Shown: positions 29,992 through 41,271 of the stretch, piece after piece
Layout: each line of letters opens with the position of its first letter
Numbering within the stretch: the stretch's first letter is position 1
Assembly: GCA_918797485.1 (NCBI GenBank)
Contig: CAKKNE010000001.1
Location: 3,658,001 to 3,722,000 of the forward strand
Length of the DNA: 64,000 bases
Origin: Pelagomonas calceolata
Lineage: Eukaryota
Reading direction: 5' to 3'
Made by a program: the position numbers and the translations under genes
Notes under the pieces: model-generated
What the model was told of the DNA's origin: nothing
Seen by the model: the letters and a program-made list of their open reading frames with translations, nothing else
Databases searched by the model: none

Positions 29992-31551
29992 ATGGCCCGC
30001 CGCGTATTAGCAGTGGTAGCATGCGTCTCGAGCGCCCGCGCGCTCGTCGCGCCGGCCGTACAGCCCGCGCGCGCCGCGCCGGCGAGGACGCCCCGCGCCG
30101 CCACAACACCGAGGGCCGCGACGCTCACGGAGATCGAAACAAAAGAGGCCCTCCCGCTGTCCTCCGTCGTCCTCGACGAGGAGGAGGAGCGCCGCCTCAA
30201 GAAGGAACGGAGATTAGCAGCGGCGGAAACGTCCCTGGACGTCTTCGTGGTTGGCCTCTCGCACCACAATGCGAAAGTTGAAGTGCGAGAAAAGCTCGCC
30301 ATCCCCCAGGACGAGTGGAGCGAGAGCGCCCAGGCCATCGTCGACGACTCGAACGGCGCCATCGCCGAGGCCGCCGTGCTCTCGACCTGTAACCGGTTCG
30401 AAGTCTATTTTTCGGCGCGCGACGCGCGCGCGGCCTTCGCGAGCATCTCCCAGCACTTCCAGGAGCGCTCGGGACTGCCCATGGCCGAATTACGCGAAAG
30501 CTTGTTCATGCTCACCGAGTCTGATGCGAGCGCACATGCTCTTAGAGTATCGGCCGGTTTGGACTCGCTCGTCGTGGGAGAGGGCCAGATCCTCAGCCAG
30601 ATGAAGGCCTGCTACGCCAACGCCATCGAGGGCGCCGGCGGCAAGGTCACGTCTCGCTTGCTAAACACGGCCGTCGCCGCCGGTAAAAGGGCCAGAGACG
30701 AAACCGACATCAGCAAGGGAGCCGTGTCCATTTCCTCGGCGGCGTACGAGTTGGCCGCCGAACGCGCTCCTCTAGATCTGGCCGGCCTCGAGCTGGAGAA
30801 CGCGCGCGTTTTGATCGTCGGCGCCGGCAAGATGACAAGACTGTTATTGACGCACATGGCCTCGCACGGCGCCGTCGGGCGCAAGTGCACGATCCTCAAC
30901 AGATCTTATCAGCGCGCCAAGGACATGGCCGACGAGTACAAGGAGGGCTACGATGTGGATATTGACGTCGTCGCGTCCGACGGCGATGATAGCGTAGCTT
31001 ACCAGTTAGCCAAGGACGCGGACATCATCTTCACGGCGTCTTCCGCTATTGATTATATCTTCGACGCGGAGAACATCGGGAAGCTCGAGCGGCAAGCGGG
31101 TCGCGAGAAATTGATGTTGGTCGACATTGCCGTCCCGCGCAACGTCGACCCTGCTTGTGATGACTTAGATGACGTCCGGGCGTACGACGTCGACTCGCTG
31201 AAGGCTGTGGTAGAGAGGAATACCGCCAAAAGGCGGCGAGAAATTGTTGAAGCCGAGAAGCTCCTCGAGGAGGAGCAGGCCTCCTTCCGGGCCTGGATCA
31301 CGTCGCTCGGTGCCGTGCCGGCCATCACGAAACTCCAGACGAAGGCCGAGGATTTACGGCAAGCGGAGCTCAAAAGAGCTGATAAAAAACTGCAGTCGCT
31401 GTCGTCGCGCGAGATCGAGGCCGTGGAACGGCTCTCGCGCGGCATCGTGTCGAAGCTGCTCCACGGCCCCATGTCGTCGCTGCGCGGCGAGGGGTCGACG
31501 GACGACAAGAAGAACACGCTGTCGGCGCTCAAGAAGATGTTCGGCGTATGA
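29992..31551 (+). CDS. hemA: Glutamyl-tRNA reductase, plastid-targeted
   Basis: VVGLSHHNAKVEVREKL, LSTCNRFEVY, GLDSLVVGEGQILSQ, GAGKM, DIAVPRNV, KLLHGP. Confidence 0.97.
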   Translation: MARRVLAVVACVSSARALVAPAVQPARAAPARTPRAATTPRAATLTEIETKEALPLSSVVLDEEEERRLKKERRLAAAETSLDVFVVGLSHHNAKVEVREKLAIPQDEWSESAQAIVDDSNGAIAEAAVLSTCNRFEVYFSARDARAAFASISQHFQERSGLPMAELRESLFMLTESDASAHALRVSAGLDSLVVGEGQILSQMKACYANAIEGAGGKVTSRLLNTAVAAGKRARDETDISKGAVSISSAAYELAAERAPLDLAGLELENARVLIVGAGKMTRLLLTHMASHGAVGRKCTILNRSYQRAKDMADEYKEGYDVDIDVVASDGDDSVAYQLAKDADIIFTASSAIDYIFDAENIGKLERQAGREKLMLVDIAVPRNVDPACDDLDDVRAYDVDSLKAVVERNTAKRRREIVEAEKLLEEEQASFRAWITSLGAVPAITKLQTKAEDLRQAELKRADKKLQSLSSREIEAVERLSRGIVSKLLHGPMSSLRGEGSTDDKKNTLSALKKMFGV

Positions 31552-31583
31552 GAAGTTGGGGGCGTATAACATTCGTATATCTA

Positions 31584-31896
31584 TAGTCTCTGTCGGTGTG
31601 CGGCGATGGCGTCAAGGCCCACCGTGCTTAGATACCGTGCTTGTAGTACCTGCCGCCTCCGAGCTAACACTCGGGGCGACGGCGTATGAGGGCCGGGGTC
31701 GGGGCGGGCGTGCGGCCACGCAGTGGGGCTTCGGCTCCGCGGCTAGGCGGCCTAGCTCAAAGCAAAGCAACCGCGGCGCCCGGCCTCGACGCCCATCGCT
31801 ACGGCCGCGCTCTCGACGGGAACTCACCTCGACGCCATCGCCGCACCGCCGGGAAGACAAGAGCGCCACGCCACCGCCGCGAAGCACAGGAGACTA
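31584..31896. mobile_element. MITE-like element with nested inverted repeats
   Basis: Inner IR 31598-31617 / 31827-31846 (19/20); outer TAGTCTC(C)TGT ends; TA-rich flanks; internal segment repeated at 42967 and 33326. Confidence 0.5.
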
Positions 31897-31996
31897 GTAT
31901 ATAGATAGATTTAGACGACGCTCGGACGAGGATGCAGCGAAAGCTACACGACGGAGGTCGGACACACACACAGAAGCTTTCAGAAGATCCCACCGC

Positions 31997-32692
31997 TCAG
32001 AAGAGGCCGAAGAACTTCTTCTCCTTCTGCTCGTTGTTGACGCCGATCTTCGGCGCGCCGCCGCCGCGCGACCGGTTCATGCGCGCGATCTCGTTGGCCG
32101 TGAGCGCGCCGGAGTCGCGCCACATCTGCTGGTCGTTCGTGAGGCCGTTCTTCTTCGCGCGCGCCGTGAGGTCGTCGCCGCCCTTGGCGCCGCCGCCCCA
32201 GTTGAGGGCCTGGCCGAAGATGCCGATGTCGGGCTTGGCGTTGAGGTAGGCCTTGTCCTTGGCCGTCATCTTCTTGATGTCGGCCTTGCCGTCGTTGAAG
32301 GCCGTCATGCCGAAGCCCGTCTTCATCCAGCCCTTCTTGCCCTTGAGGTCCGAGTTGTCCCACGCGCCGCCGCGCTGCATGTAGGGGACGTCTTTCAAGG
32401 CGATGTTGCCCTTGCGGACCTCTTCCGGGTTCACCGCGAAGAGGTGGTCGGCCTCGCCCTTCTCGAGCGCCGCGACGAAGGAGTCGAAGGAGCGGGACTT
32501 GAAGCCGCGCGCGCCGCCGGCGCCGAGGTTCGTCTTCGCCTTCTTCTCCTTGGCCTTGATCTTCTCCCACTCCTCGGGCGACATGCCGCTCGGCACGTAG
32601 GCGCTGAGCTGCGTGGCCGGACGCACCGACGGCGTGGACGCCTGGAAGGCGGCGGCGGACGAGAGCGCGAGGGCGACGATGACGGCCTTCAT
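31997..32692 (-). CDS. Plastid-targeted hypothetical algal protein
   Basis: Signal peptide + AAAF motif; extreme GC3 codon bias; YVPSGMSPEEWEKIK..GFKSRSF. Confidence 0.8.
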   Translation of the reverse strand: MKAVIVALALSSAAAFQASTPSVRPATQLSAYVPSGMSPEEWEKIKAKEKKAKTNLGAGGARGFKSRSFDSFVAALEKGEADHLFAVNPEEVRKGNIALKDVPYMQRGGAWDNSDLKGKKGWMKTGFGMTAFNDGKADIKKMTAKDKAYLNAKPDIGIFGQALNWGGGAKGGDDLTARAKKNGLTNDQQMWRDSGALTANEIARMNRSRGGGAPKIGVNNEQKEKKFFGLF

Positions 32693-33415
32693 GGTTGTTT
32701 TTTTGCCTGTGAAGAAGCGAAAGTTGAGCTGGCGGCTCGCGTCTCGCGTGATTGTGTCGTGGGAGCAACCGCGCAGCGATGCGGTGGGCCGACGGCTCGC
32801 GCGGCGCGTCGTCGACGCGTGGGACCAGTTGCGCAGCGTTACGTTGCGCATCGCGCGGTCGGCGCGCGTGGTGGCTCGTGCCCTTCCAAAAGGCTTGCTG
32901 CTCGCCGTCGCGGTGGATTTTGCCAGCGATTTCTCTCATGCCAGCCGCAAGGAGTGCATTGAGCACGTTGGCAGTGTCCTGGATTGCCGAAGACGCGGGT
33001 GTGCACAGGTTCCAATCCGAGTATGGCGACAGCTCAGTCGAGCCCCGCGGCTTTAGCAAACAAAGGCCTAAAAACGCTAAATCGGCCCCCTTCCCCGCGC
33101 GTGCCCGTGCCCGAGAGGTGTCCAGGGAGGCCTCGGGACGCCTCTGAACCGGAAAGAACGAAAAGTCTATGCTTCCGCCCTAGACTCGCCAGCTACAAGG
33201 CTGTGTAGGTTCCCACCGTGCGGGGTCGCGCATGTCGGCATGTATACGCCGAAAGGAATCCGCGGCGTACGTATACGCTGATAGTTTCCGGGCGCAGGGC
33301 AATGAACGACGCGGCTCGCGTCGCGTCGGCTCCGCGGGTGTCCTAGCTCTAAGCAAGGCAACTACAGAGACGACCAAGGAGGAGGCTATATCCTGATTAA
33401 TTATTAACGACGAGA

Positions 33416-34456
33416 CTAGTACGCCTCCTCGCACCAGAACCTATCTATCAACCACGGCCCGACGTCGTCCGCCTTCGACAGCTCGATCGTGACCAGCCGC
33501 TCCGACCCGTCGACATCTATCAAAGTGACGTCGTGCGACGCCTTGCGCTTGTCGTCGTCGAACGTGACGTCCTCTGGATTCATTTCCAACCACCGTTTCA
33601 GCACACCGTAGGGATAGGACTCGTCGTCGATGTACTTGCGAAACAGCTCCGGCGTGAGCTTGTGGGCCGGGTTCTTCGTGGACACGAACGTCAACGCGAC
33701 ACCACTGCCATGATTTTGCTCGGGCTCGTCGATCGTCCGTAAAGCAGATAAAACGGTCTTGGCGACCCAGCGCGGGCTCGTTAGTGCTCCAAAGGACGTC
33801 GCGCCGGCGGCCGCTAATGGATTCTGCTGGGCCACTGGTTCCCTTTCCTTCGGTTTTTCTTTTTCTGGTGGGGGCGGCTCTTCCACCGCTTTCTTCTTCT
33901 TCTTCGGCGGTGGACTCGGCGCGCGCTCGACCGTCGCGGCCTCGCCCGCCGGCTGCACGAGGACGGCGTCGATGAGCCACCGGTCGTCGTGCCGCGACAG
34001 CGTCCAGACCGCCGTCCCGAGTTGTGACGTGGCCCCCTCCAGCAGGGTCCGCACCACACACCGCTGGCCGTCCTTCGACGTATCCTGAGATTTCAGCTCC
34101 AGCGCCTGCCACGTTAATAAAGGGCCGTAGTGGGCGCGGTGCGTCTCGACGCTCCGCGCGAAGGCGTTCGCATTCAAATTGACGGCGTTGTTCTTCGGCG
34201 AGACGAGCGTCAGGATTTGTTTCGAGGCTTTTATGAGCTTATCGTCGCGGTGGCCGTCCCGCAGCAACCGCGCGGCTTCCCTTACCACGGCTTCGGCGCC
34301 GTCGTCGTCGGTGGATGCGGCGGCTGCTTGCAGGAGCGTCGGCAGGCAGCGCCGCCGTCGGCCCCGGGGCGGGCGGACGGGCGCAGAGCGCGGCGGCGCC
34401 GCGCGGTAGCCGGAGGCCGCGACGCAGGCCGCGGCAGCCAGGAGCGCGCGGAGCAT
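33416..34456 (-). CDS. Hypothetical protein with two NTF2/DUF4864-like repeats
   Basis: Repeat pair ending LSRHDDRWLIDAV and LSKADDVGPWLIDRF; signal peptide. Confidence 0.6.
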   Translation of the reverse strand: MLRALLAAAACVAASGYRAAPPRSAPVRPPRGRRRRCLPTLLQAAAASTDDDGAEAVVREAARLLRDGHRDDKLIKASKQILTLVSPKNNAVNLNANAFARSVETHRAHYGPLLTWQALELKSQDTSKDGQRCVVRTLLEGATSQLGTAVWTLSRHDDRWLIDAVLVQPAGEAATVERAPSPPPKKKKKAVEEPPPPEKEKPKEREPVAQQNPLAAAGATSFGALTSPRWVAKTVLSALRTIDEPEQNHGSGVALTFVSTKNPAHKLTPELFRKYIDDESYPYGVLKRWLEMNPEDVTFDDDKRKASHDVTLIDVDGSERLVTIELSKADDVGPWLIDRFWCEEAY

Positions 34457-34590
34457 GGCTGAGGGGACCCAGTTACGGGGACCCCGGCTCGATCGGCTGG
34501 CTGAGGTGGACAGGAGGATCGAAGCTGTCCACGACGAGCGCGAAACGCCCGCGCAAGCACTTGTTCTCTGCCCAGGCGCCGAGCACCTTG

Positions 34591-34612
34591 CTAGTATGCT
34601 ACCATTCGCTAG
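34591..34612 (-). promoter_or_regulatory. CTAG element in divergent promoter
   Basis: CTAG CGAATGGTAGCATA CTAG (minus). Confidence 0.7.
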
Positions 34613-34787
34613 CAAAAAATAAATCCACTCGTGCGTGTACGGATCCACCTGCTACGAGAAAAAACTCGGATCGACCGCTGGTTTACAGCTCTTACTCTAA
34701 AGCCCAGGATCCAGTTTGCCGCCGGGATCTGCTCCCGGCATTGCCCAGTCGCTGGCGTGCAGCATTGACTCACTGCAGCCTACAACT

Positions 34788-35441
34788 ATGCTCCTCCGCG
34801 CGCTGCGAGTCACCGCCCGCAGAGGCGTACGCCGCCTCTCGACGCCCGTGGCCCCCACACCAGAAGCCGTCTGCGCGAACATCGGCGTGGACCACCACGA
34901 GGGAGCTTTGGATCAGGTCTTCGCCACGCTGGACCAGAACGGCGACGGCAAGATCGACCCCAGTGAACTGAAGCAGGGCCTCGCGGCCGCGGGCCTCGAA
35001 CTGACGGACAAGGCTTTACAAAGACTCACGGAGACGTATGGTGATCATACAGGATCCCTCAAGCAGGCGGGCTTACTGGAGATGCTGGCGGCCGTCCGCG
35101 ACCACAAGTTCCACTCGTTCGCGGAAGAAGCGCCCGTCGAAGAGGAGGCCCCGGAGCCTCCCAAACAAACCCCGATCCACTACGTCTTCTCGGACATTGG
35201 GCATTTTGAAGGGGCGGTGGACGCGGCCTTCGTCAGCGCGGACGCCGACGGCGACGGCGCGCTGAACCCGGAGGAGCTCCGGGGCGCGCTGGCTTCCAGA
35301 GGCGTCGACGTGTCTCCCCAAAAGCTGTCCCACCTCTACTCGCTCTATTGTAGGGGCGACGGCAAGCTCGAGCTCGTCGAGTTCGCGAACCTCTGCGGGA
35401 CGCTCACGACGGAGCACTGCGAGGAGGACTCCTTTTCCTGA
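34788..35441 (+). CDS. EF-hand calcium-binding protein (possibly mitochondrial)
   Basis: DQNGDGKIDPSE and DADGDGALNPEE loops; Arg-rich leader. Confidence 0.85.
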   Translation: MLLRALRVTARRGVRRLSTPVAPTPEAVCANIGVDHHEGALDQVFATLDQNGDGKIDPSELKQGLAAAGLELTDKALQRLTETYGDHTGSLKQAGLLEMLAAVRDHKFHSFAEEAPVEEEAPEPPKQTPIHYVFSDIGHFEGAVDAAFVSADADGDGALNPEELRGALASRGVDVSPQKLSHLYSLYCRGDGKLELVEFANLCGTLTTEHCEEDSFS

Positions 35442-35709
35442 GCGTCGCCTGTACTAAGACCCATGCCTGTTAGTCTATTTGTTACGGTGCTAGGACTAGT
35501 GGGCGGAGTCCCTGGGGGGGAGACACCGCGCGTCGCCGATTCATCGGCGGCGGCCTGATTATCGTGACAGACACACTAGGTTCGCCTGCGCCTGCCCCTC
35601 TCGAGCTGATTTGCCGGCATCGGTGCTGCTGTGCCTCAGTGCTGCTTTGTCGCACGCTGCCGGGCAGCCCATGCACAGCTAGGATGAATGCTTCAGGCTA
35701 GGGGCAGCG

Positions 35710-36767
35710 ATGCGGCGCTGGAATAGCATCTGGGCGGTCGGGCTGCTCTGGCTCTCGACGCCGGCGTGCGCGACGCCCGCGCTGACGGCGGCGACGGCGG
35801 CGACGGACGCCGCCGTCGCGCTCCTCGCGGACGTCAGGAACCCCACCACGACCGAGGCCATGCTGCGCAACCTCGCGACGCTCGCCCGGACGTGCGCTTG
35901 GGCGCGCCGCTACGACGTCATCGTCTTCCACGAGGGGCGAAGCGACGCCCTGCGCCCGCGCCTGGAGGCGCTCGGCAACCGGACGCGGCTCCGGCTCCGC
36001 GCCCGGGATATTTCTGACGAGTTCGCGACGCACGCGCCGGCGACCACGGACTGGCCGCGCCGGCGTTTGAGAACGTTTGGTATCGGCTACCGCCGCATGT
36101 GCCGCTTCTGGTTCTCCGGCGTCTTCGAGCTCGCGGACGTGCGGAACCTGACGTACTTGCTGCGCCTGGATACGGACTCGGAGCTCCGGTGCCGCCCACG
36201 CTCGCGCGACCCCTTCGAGCTCATGGCCCGGCAGCGCGCCGTCTACGGATATGTTGCAGTCAAGACGGACCACCCGATGGTCGCAAAGAACCTGACTGCC
36301 TTCGGCGCCGCCTACGCCCGGCGCGTGCCGCAGATCGAGGACGCCTTCTACCGCTTCCCGCCGCATGCTCCCACAAACTGCCCGGCGCCCATGTTCTACA
36401 CGAACTTCGAGATCATGAACGTGTCCTGGTTCGCCGCGCCGCGCGCCGTGGCATTCGCGCGCGCCGTCGACGCGTCCGGGTCCGGCGCCGTTAGCATTTA
36501 GTTGGACCGCACGCCGTCGACGCGACGCCCCCACGCAGGACGGGGATGATCTTCGGGAACCGCTGGGGCGACGCGCCGCTCCGCTGGCTGACGCTCGCGC
36601 TCTTCGCGGGCCGGAGCCAGCTCCTCTGCTTCGGCGGCGAGTACGACTACCGGCACCGCGGGCCCCAGGACCACTGCGGCCTGTCCTTCAATATCAGTGT
36701 CGCGGGCTGCCAGGCCGCCGGCGGGGGCGCGCCGGTCCTGCCGCCGCCGCTCCCCCGTTCGTTGTGA
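35710..36767 (+). CDS. GT15 alpha-1,2-mannosyltransferase (KRE2/MNT1-like), two exons
   Basis: GYRRMCRFW, RLDTDS and FYTNFEI motifs, then VDA|TGMIFGNRWGDAP after intron 36474-36538. Confidence 0.85.
36474..36538 (+). mobile_element. Degenerate introner-like GT-AG intron (65 bp)
   Basis: Removal restores GT15 RWGDAP; internal CACGCCGTCGACGCGACG shared with other introners; ends CCACGCAG. Confidence 0.6.
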
Positions 36768-37069
36768 TTTTATTCTATGTCTTACAAATTCATAGGGAGG
36801 GGCCGCGGTCGCGCGCGGCGCTTCAGAAGTGCATTTCCGTGGAGCTTGACGTCGTCGACGCGAAGCTTAGACGAGAGAAAGCCGAGAAAACCCGACCCCA
36901 CCGCGCAAAACCCGTGAGATACAGAAAATTCAGTGGCGCCGCGTCGCGCGGCCTGCTCCGCTGCCGTCCAGGCGTGGCGTGTGATCCATTTTTGCAGCGC
37001 TGTGGCCGCTCTGTGCCGCAGACGAGCGCTGCTGCTGCTCCATAGCCAGTGGCAAAACACCTGTAAAAA

Positions 37070-39413
37070 ATGGCTGAATTTGCGGGCACCCTCCTCTGCG
37101 CCAAGACGCCGCACACGACGCTCGCCTACACGAACCGCATCTACCTCCATAGTACAGACTTCGCGGCCTACAAGGGCGCCGCGCCGCCGCAGGGCACGCC
37201 AGCAGATGAAGTTCTATTAGCGTTAACGGGAGACAGCGGCAAAGAACTGGTCTATTCGGCGCAAGCGAACCCTCCGGGCACGGAGATTAAGGCGGGCACG
37301 GTGGGCCTCTCGGGGCCGCAACGCACCGCTCTCGGTTTGGAACTCAGCGCGCCGATGCGCGCCACACCTTATAAACCGACGATCGACCAGCAGCTCAGTG
37401 CAGTTAGATTATCCTGTGCACCGTATAGAAAAGGCCCGCTCACAATAGACGCCCAACAACTCGCAGACCACCTGGCCAAGAAATATACGGGCCAGGTCTT
37501 TGTTGTTGGTCAAAAGTTCATGTGTGCATTAGATCCAAAACAATTGTTGTATCTGACGGTCGACGGCATGGAGTTTACACAATCAACGGGAAGCCATCTC
37601 GGGCAGTTACATGGTGGATTGACGAAAGTCCTGCCCTTCAAGGGCTGTTCGAACCCCGACTTCAAGGTCGAAAAAGAACCAGTAGAAGCGCGAGGCGTCC
37701 AACAACAATCATTATTTACGTCGGACTTTGATTTCGCGAAGCTGGGCATTGGCGGCCTGGGGAACGAGTTCGACACGATATTTCGACGAGCTTTTGCCTC
37801 GAGAATATACCCGGCGCACATCATCCAGCAGATGGGCATTTCTCACGTGCGGGGCATGTTGTTGTACGGCCCGCCCGGCTGCGGTAAAACTTTGATAGCG
37901 CGGCAGATCGGGAAAGTTTTAAACGCGCGGGAGCCCAAAATCGTGAACGGCCCCGAAGTGTTAGACAAATATGTGGGAGCGTCGGAGGAGAAGATCCGAG
38001 AACTATTTGCGGACGCCGAGGCGGAGCAGCAGAGCGAAGGCGACCGAAGCATGTTACATACGATCATCTTCGACGAGATGGCATGCGTCCGTGTGAAAAT
38101 CAATGCGAGGGCCTTCCGTGGACCTCCACGCCATCGAGCAGATACAATTCTGGGGACGACGTCGCGTCGATGGCTGAAATTTGATTTCCACACAGGACGC
38201 GATCTGTAAGAGTCGAGGAAGCGTCAGAGACGGCACGGGCGTCTCCGACTCCATCGTCAACCAGTTACTGTCGAAGATCGACGGCGTCGACTCGCTGAAT
38301 AACATCCTCGTGATTGGCATGACCAATAGAAAGGACATGATCGACGAGGCGATTCTCAGGCCGGGTCGGTTGGAGTTGCACGTCGAGATCGGGCTGCCCG
38401 ACGAGAAGGGCCGCCTCCAAATCCTCGACATCAAGACGGCGTCGATGCGCAAAGCAGGAAGGCTCCAGAAAGATGCGGTCGACGCGCTACCGGAACTCGC
38501 GGGACGCACCAAGAACTTCTCGGGTGCCGAATTAGAAGGCCTCGTGAAGTCCGCGGCGTCCTATGCATTGAGAAGGTGCGTCGACGTGGCGGGCGACAAC
38601 GCGATCGACGAGGCGTCTCTGAAGGTCGAGAAACGGGACTTTGATCATGCGTTGGATTCGGGAGAAGCTTGTGCGGCTTTTGGGGCCAAAGCTGCGTCAT
38701 TGGAACCGCTGTATAGGAACGGCATTGTTGATTTTGGAAGGTCATTTAGAGAGGTTGATGACGCTCTGCGACGACTCGTGGAGCAGGTGAGAACATCAGC
38801 CAAGACGCCGTTGATGACCGTACTGCTCGAAGGAAGAGCACATACAGGTAAAACAGCATTAGCGGCTCGCACGGCCGTCACTTCTGAATTTCCTTTTGTC
38901 CGATTGTTATCAGCGGATAGTATGATCGGATTCAGCGAAAGCGCCAAGTGCCAGGCCATCCAGAAGGTGTTTCTGGACTCCTACAAGTCGCCTCTCTCGA
39001 TTATCGTGATTGATGACGTCGAGCGACTCATCGAGTACACGCCCGTGGGTCCCCGGTTCTCGAACACGGTCCTACAAACTCTATTGGTACTACTCAAAAA
39101 AGCACCAGATGAAGAAAACAGGAGACTACTAGTGATAGCGACGACGTCCGTGTCGAACCATCTCGAGGATCTGCAACTTACGGACGCGTTTAACGTACAA
39201 CTGCGGTGTCCGCAGCTCGAAGAACCCTCCGAGATCGAGGCCGCGTTACGCCATTTGGTGGCCGATGCAACGCAACGGTCGAGCATCGCCTCGGCTATCA
39301 CAAAACCGTTGGGCATCAAGCAGCTGCTCATGGTGCTGGAGATGGCTCGGGGAGACCATGGCGTCGACGCGAACGACTTCGCCGCGTGTTTGCACCAGTT
39401 CCTAGGGGTATAA
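37070..39413 (+). CDS. NSF: N-ethylmaleimide-sensitive factor (vesicle-fusing AAA ATPase, Sec18), two exons
   Basis: [46 protein letters not shown] across intron 38081-38195, second AAA domain. Confidence 0.97.
38081..38195 (+). mobile_element. Introner-like GC-AG intron (115 bp) in the NSF Walker B region
   Basis: TIR GTGTGAAAATCAA (38091-38103) / TTGATTTCCACAC (38181-38193), 12/13; TIR begins 8 nt after the GC donor. Confidence 0.85.
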
Positions 39414-39423
39414 CAACTTACTA

Positions 39424-40659
39424 TTAGTGATCCGCTAGCGAGTTCACAACAGCCCTCTCATCAGAAAGGTGGTACTTCCGCAGCGTCCTTATCGAGGACG
39501 AGACGGATGACCCGGCCGTGCCCCCGAACCCTAGGAGAGCGTGGGCGCAGATCAACAGATCGAGGTGCATGTCGAGGTCCGGCGCGTGGGCCAACAACCG
39601 ACCATTTTGTGGCGTGTCTGACGCCTCAACGACGGCCTTCTGCGCGTCGGGGACGACTTTCCTTAAATAAGAGACGGTAATGGCCTCGCCGCTCGCGCCG
39701 CCGGCTTCCTTCCTTACCACAGCAGCTAGGCGCGCCAGGCCCTCTCTAAATTCTCTGGAAGTTCTATAGGACGTGTCCGACGCAACATATAAAGGAACTG
39801 GTAATACTTCGGGCGCCGTCGCCTTCTTCCGCCGCGCGAGGTACGACGTAATTAACTCCTTGAAGGCGTTGCGCACGGTCTGGTGGAACCGTCGCCGAAA
39901 CTCGCCGTCGCCGCCCCTCAAATGGAGGGCGACGTAGTTTCGGTTCCGAGCAAACTTTGATGAAGCATGGCGCGCCACGTGTAGCATCGGGTCCGTGTAG
40001 GTCAGCGTCGCGCGTTGTAAGCGCGCACCCCATACTGTCGAGCGGATGGGGTCCGTGTCGAAGCCCTTGAAGGTCGAGCCTATCCGGAGTAAAGGCTGCG
40101 ACACGGTGCCGAGCGTCTTCGACACGTCGCGGCATCTACAAGCCCCGCGCGCGCGCCAGCCGTCCCGCGCGCGGCACCCGCCATTTGATGATGCGAAGGT
40201 CCAGATCGTGTTCGTGCAGTCGTACTTGACGAGCGCGCTCGCTATTGACGAAGTGTCTACAGCTCCGAGGTCCGCGACGGCCACGAGGTCCGCCACTTGC
40301 GTAAAGTTCAGCAACCTTTGTAAGGATGCGGACGGCAGGTCCTGCGGCTTTTTGATGGACGCGGCCTTCTCCGCATTGACGGCGGCCTTCTCGAAGCGCT
40401 CCAAAATAGCTGAAGGCGGCGCGACGTGGGACGGGCACTGGCCGTAGTGCGGCGCCGCGCGGTGCGAGAGCGCGGGCGGTAGCAACAAAACTCGATTCAA
40501 AGCGTGCGCCATCAGCAGCCCATGGAACAAATTGCGGCGCTGGTTGTTAAAACCGCCGTGCGCGGCGTATTCGAGGTAGCGCTCGTCGATCGTGGCTCCG
40601 CTTGAAATTTGGATCGGTGTCGCCGGGCCGGACCTGCTGCAGGCCTGGTGCGGGGGCAT
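39424..40659 (-). CDS. O-fucosyltransferase-like glycosyltransferase
   Basis: HGGFNNQR..AHALNRVLLLP, YVALHLRGGD, LYVASD, DLLIC..GTAGSSVS. Confidence 0.8.
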   Translation of the reverse strand: MPPHQACSRSGPATPIQISSGATIDERYLEYAAHGGFNNQRRNLFHGLLMAHALNRVLLLPPALSHRAAPHYGQCPSHVAPPSAILERFEKAAVNAEKAASIKKPQDLPSASLQRLLNFTQVADLVAVADLGAVDTSSIASALVKYDCTNTIWTFASSNGGCRARDGWRARGACRCRDVSKTLGTVSQPLLRIGSTFKGFDTDPIRSTVWGARLQRATLTYTDPMLHVARHASSKFARNRNYVALHLRGGDGEFRRRFHQTVRNAFKELITSYLARRKKATAPEVLPVPLYVASDTSYRTSREFREGLARLAAVVRKEAGGASGEAITVSYLRKVVPDAQKAVVEASDTPQNGRLLAHAPDLDMHLDLLICAHALLGFGGTAGSSVSSSIRTLRKYHLSDERAVVNSLADH

Positions 40660-40857
40660 CGAGCTCTATGTATCGCCTCGCCGCGCGTGCGCGGAGCCTG
40701 AGGATGCCTGATCAGTGAGATAGTAAAGGCATCGAGTCCTCAGGGCCTGCCAGCGCAGCAGCGCTGGACGAAGGCTTGCTGGGGTCTTGCTGGCGGTCTT
40801 CGAAACGAGCTGTCGCCGCGTGGGCGGGCGTAGCAAGCTTGGGTGAAAAATTGAGGG

Positions 40858-40878
40858 CTAGCGTCGCTTACATACTAG
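40858..40878 (+). promoter_or_regulatory. CTAG element in divergent promoter
   Basis: CTAG CGTCGCTTACATA CTAG. Confidence 0.65.
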
Positions 40879-41271
40879 ACTACAAAGGGGCTGCCACTCC
40901 CTGTTATCGGGATTGTGTGGCTGTTTACGCGGCCGAGCGACGCGTTTTTGTGTGTTTGAGCGGTGGGAGGCAGCGCTGTGCCAACCAGCGTCCGCAAGCG
41001 CTGCGCCGGGGCGTCGAAAAGCGTGAAAAGGCCACGTGCGCGCTGTGGAATCATTGAGCGCTGCGCGAGACCCGGCGAAGCGGTGACACGCACGGCTCGC
41101 CCACCCTTGTCGAGAACGCGTGGGAGAACGATAACGGGCAACCGGTCGCGCGCGCGGCCGAAACCCCCCCGGCGCTCCGCGCGCCTCGTGGAGGGAGACC
41201 AACAACCGCCGGCGCGCACGCACACAAGAAACCCCCGCAACGCAGGCGAGAGCGCGCGGGCCGGCGCCACC

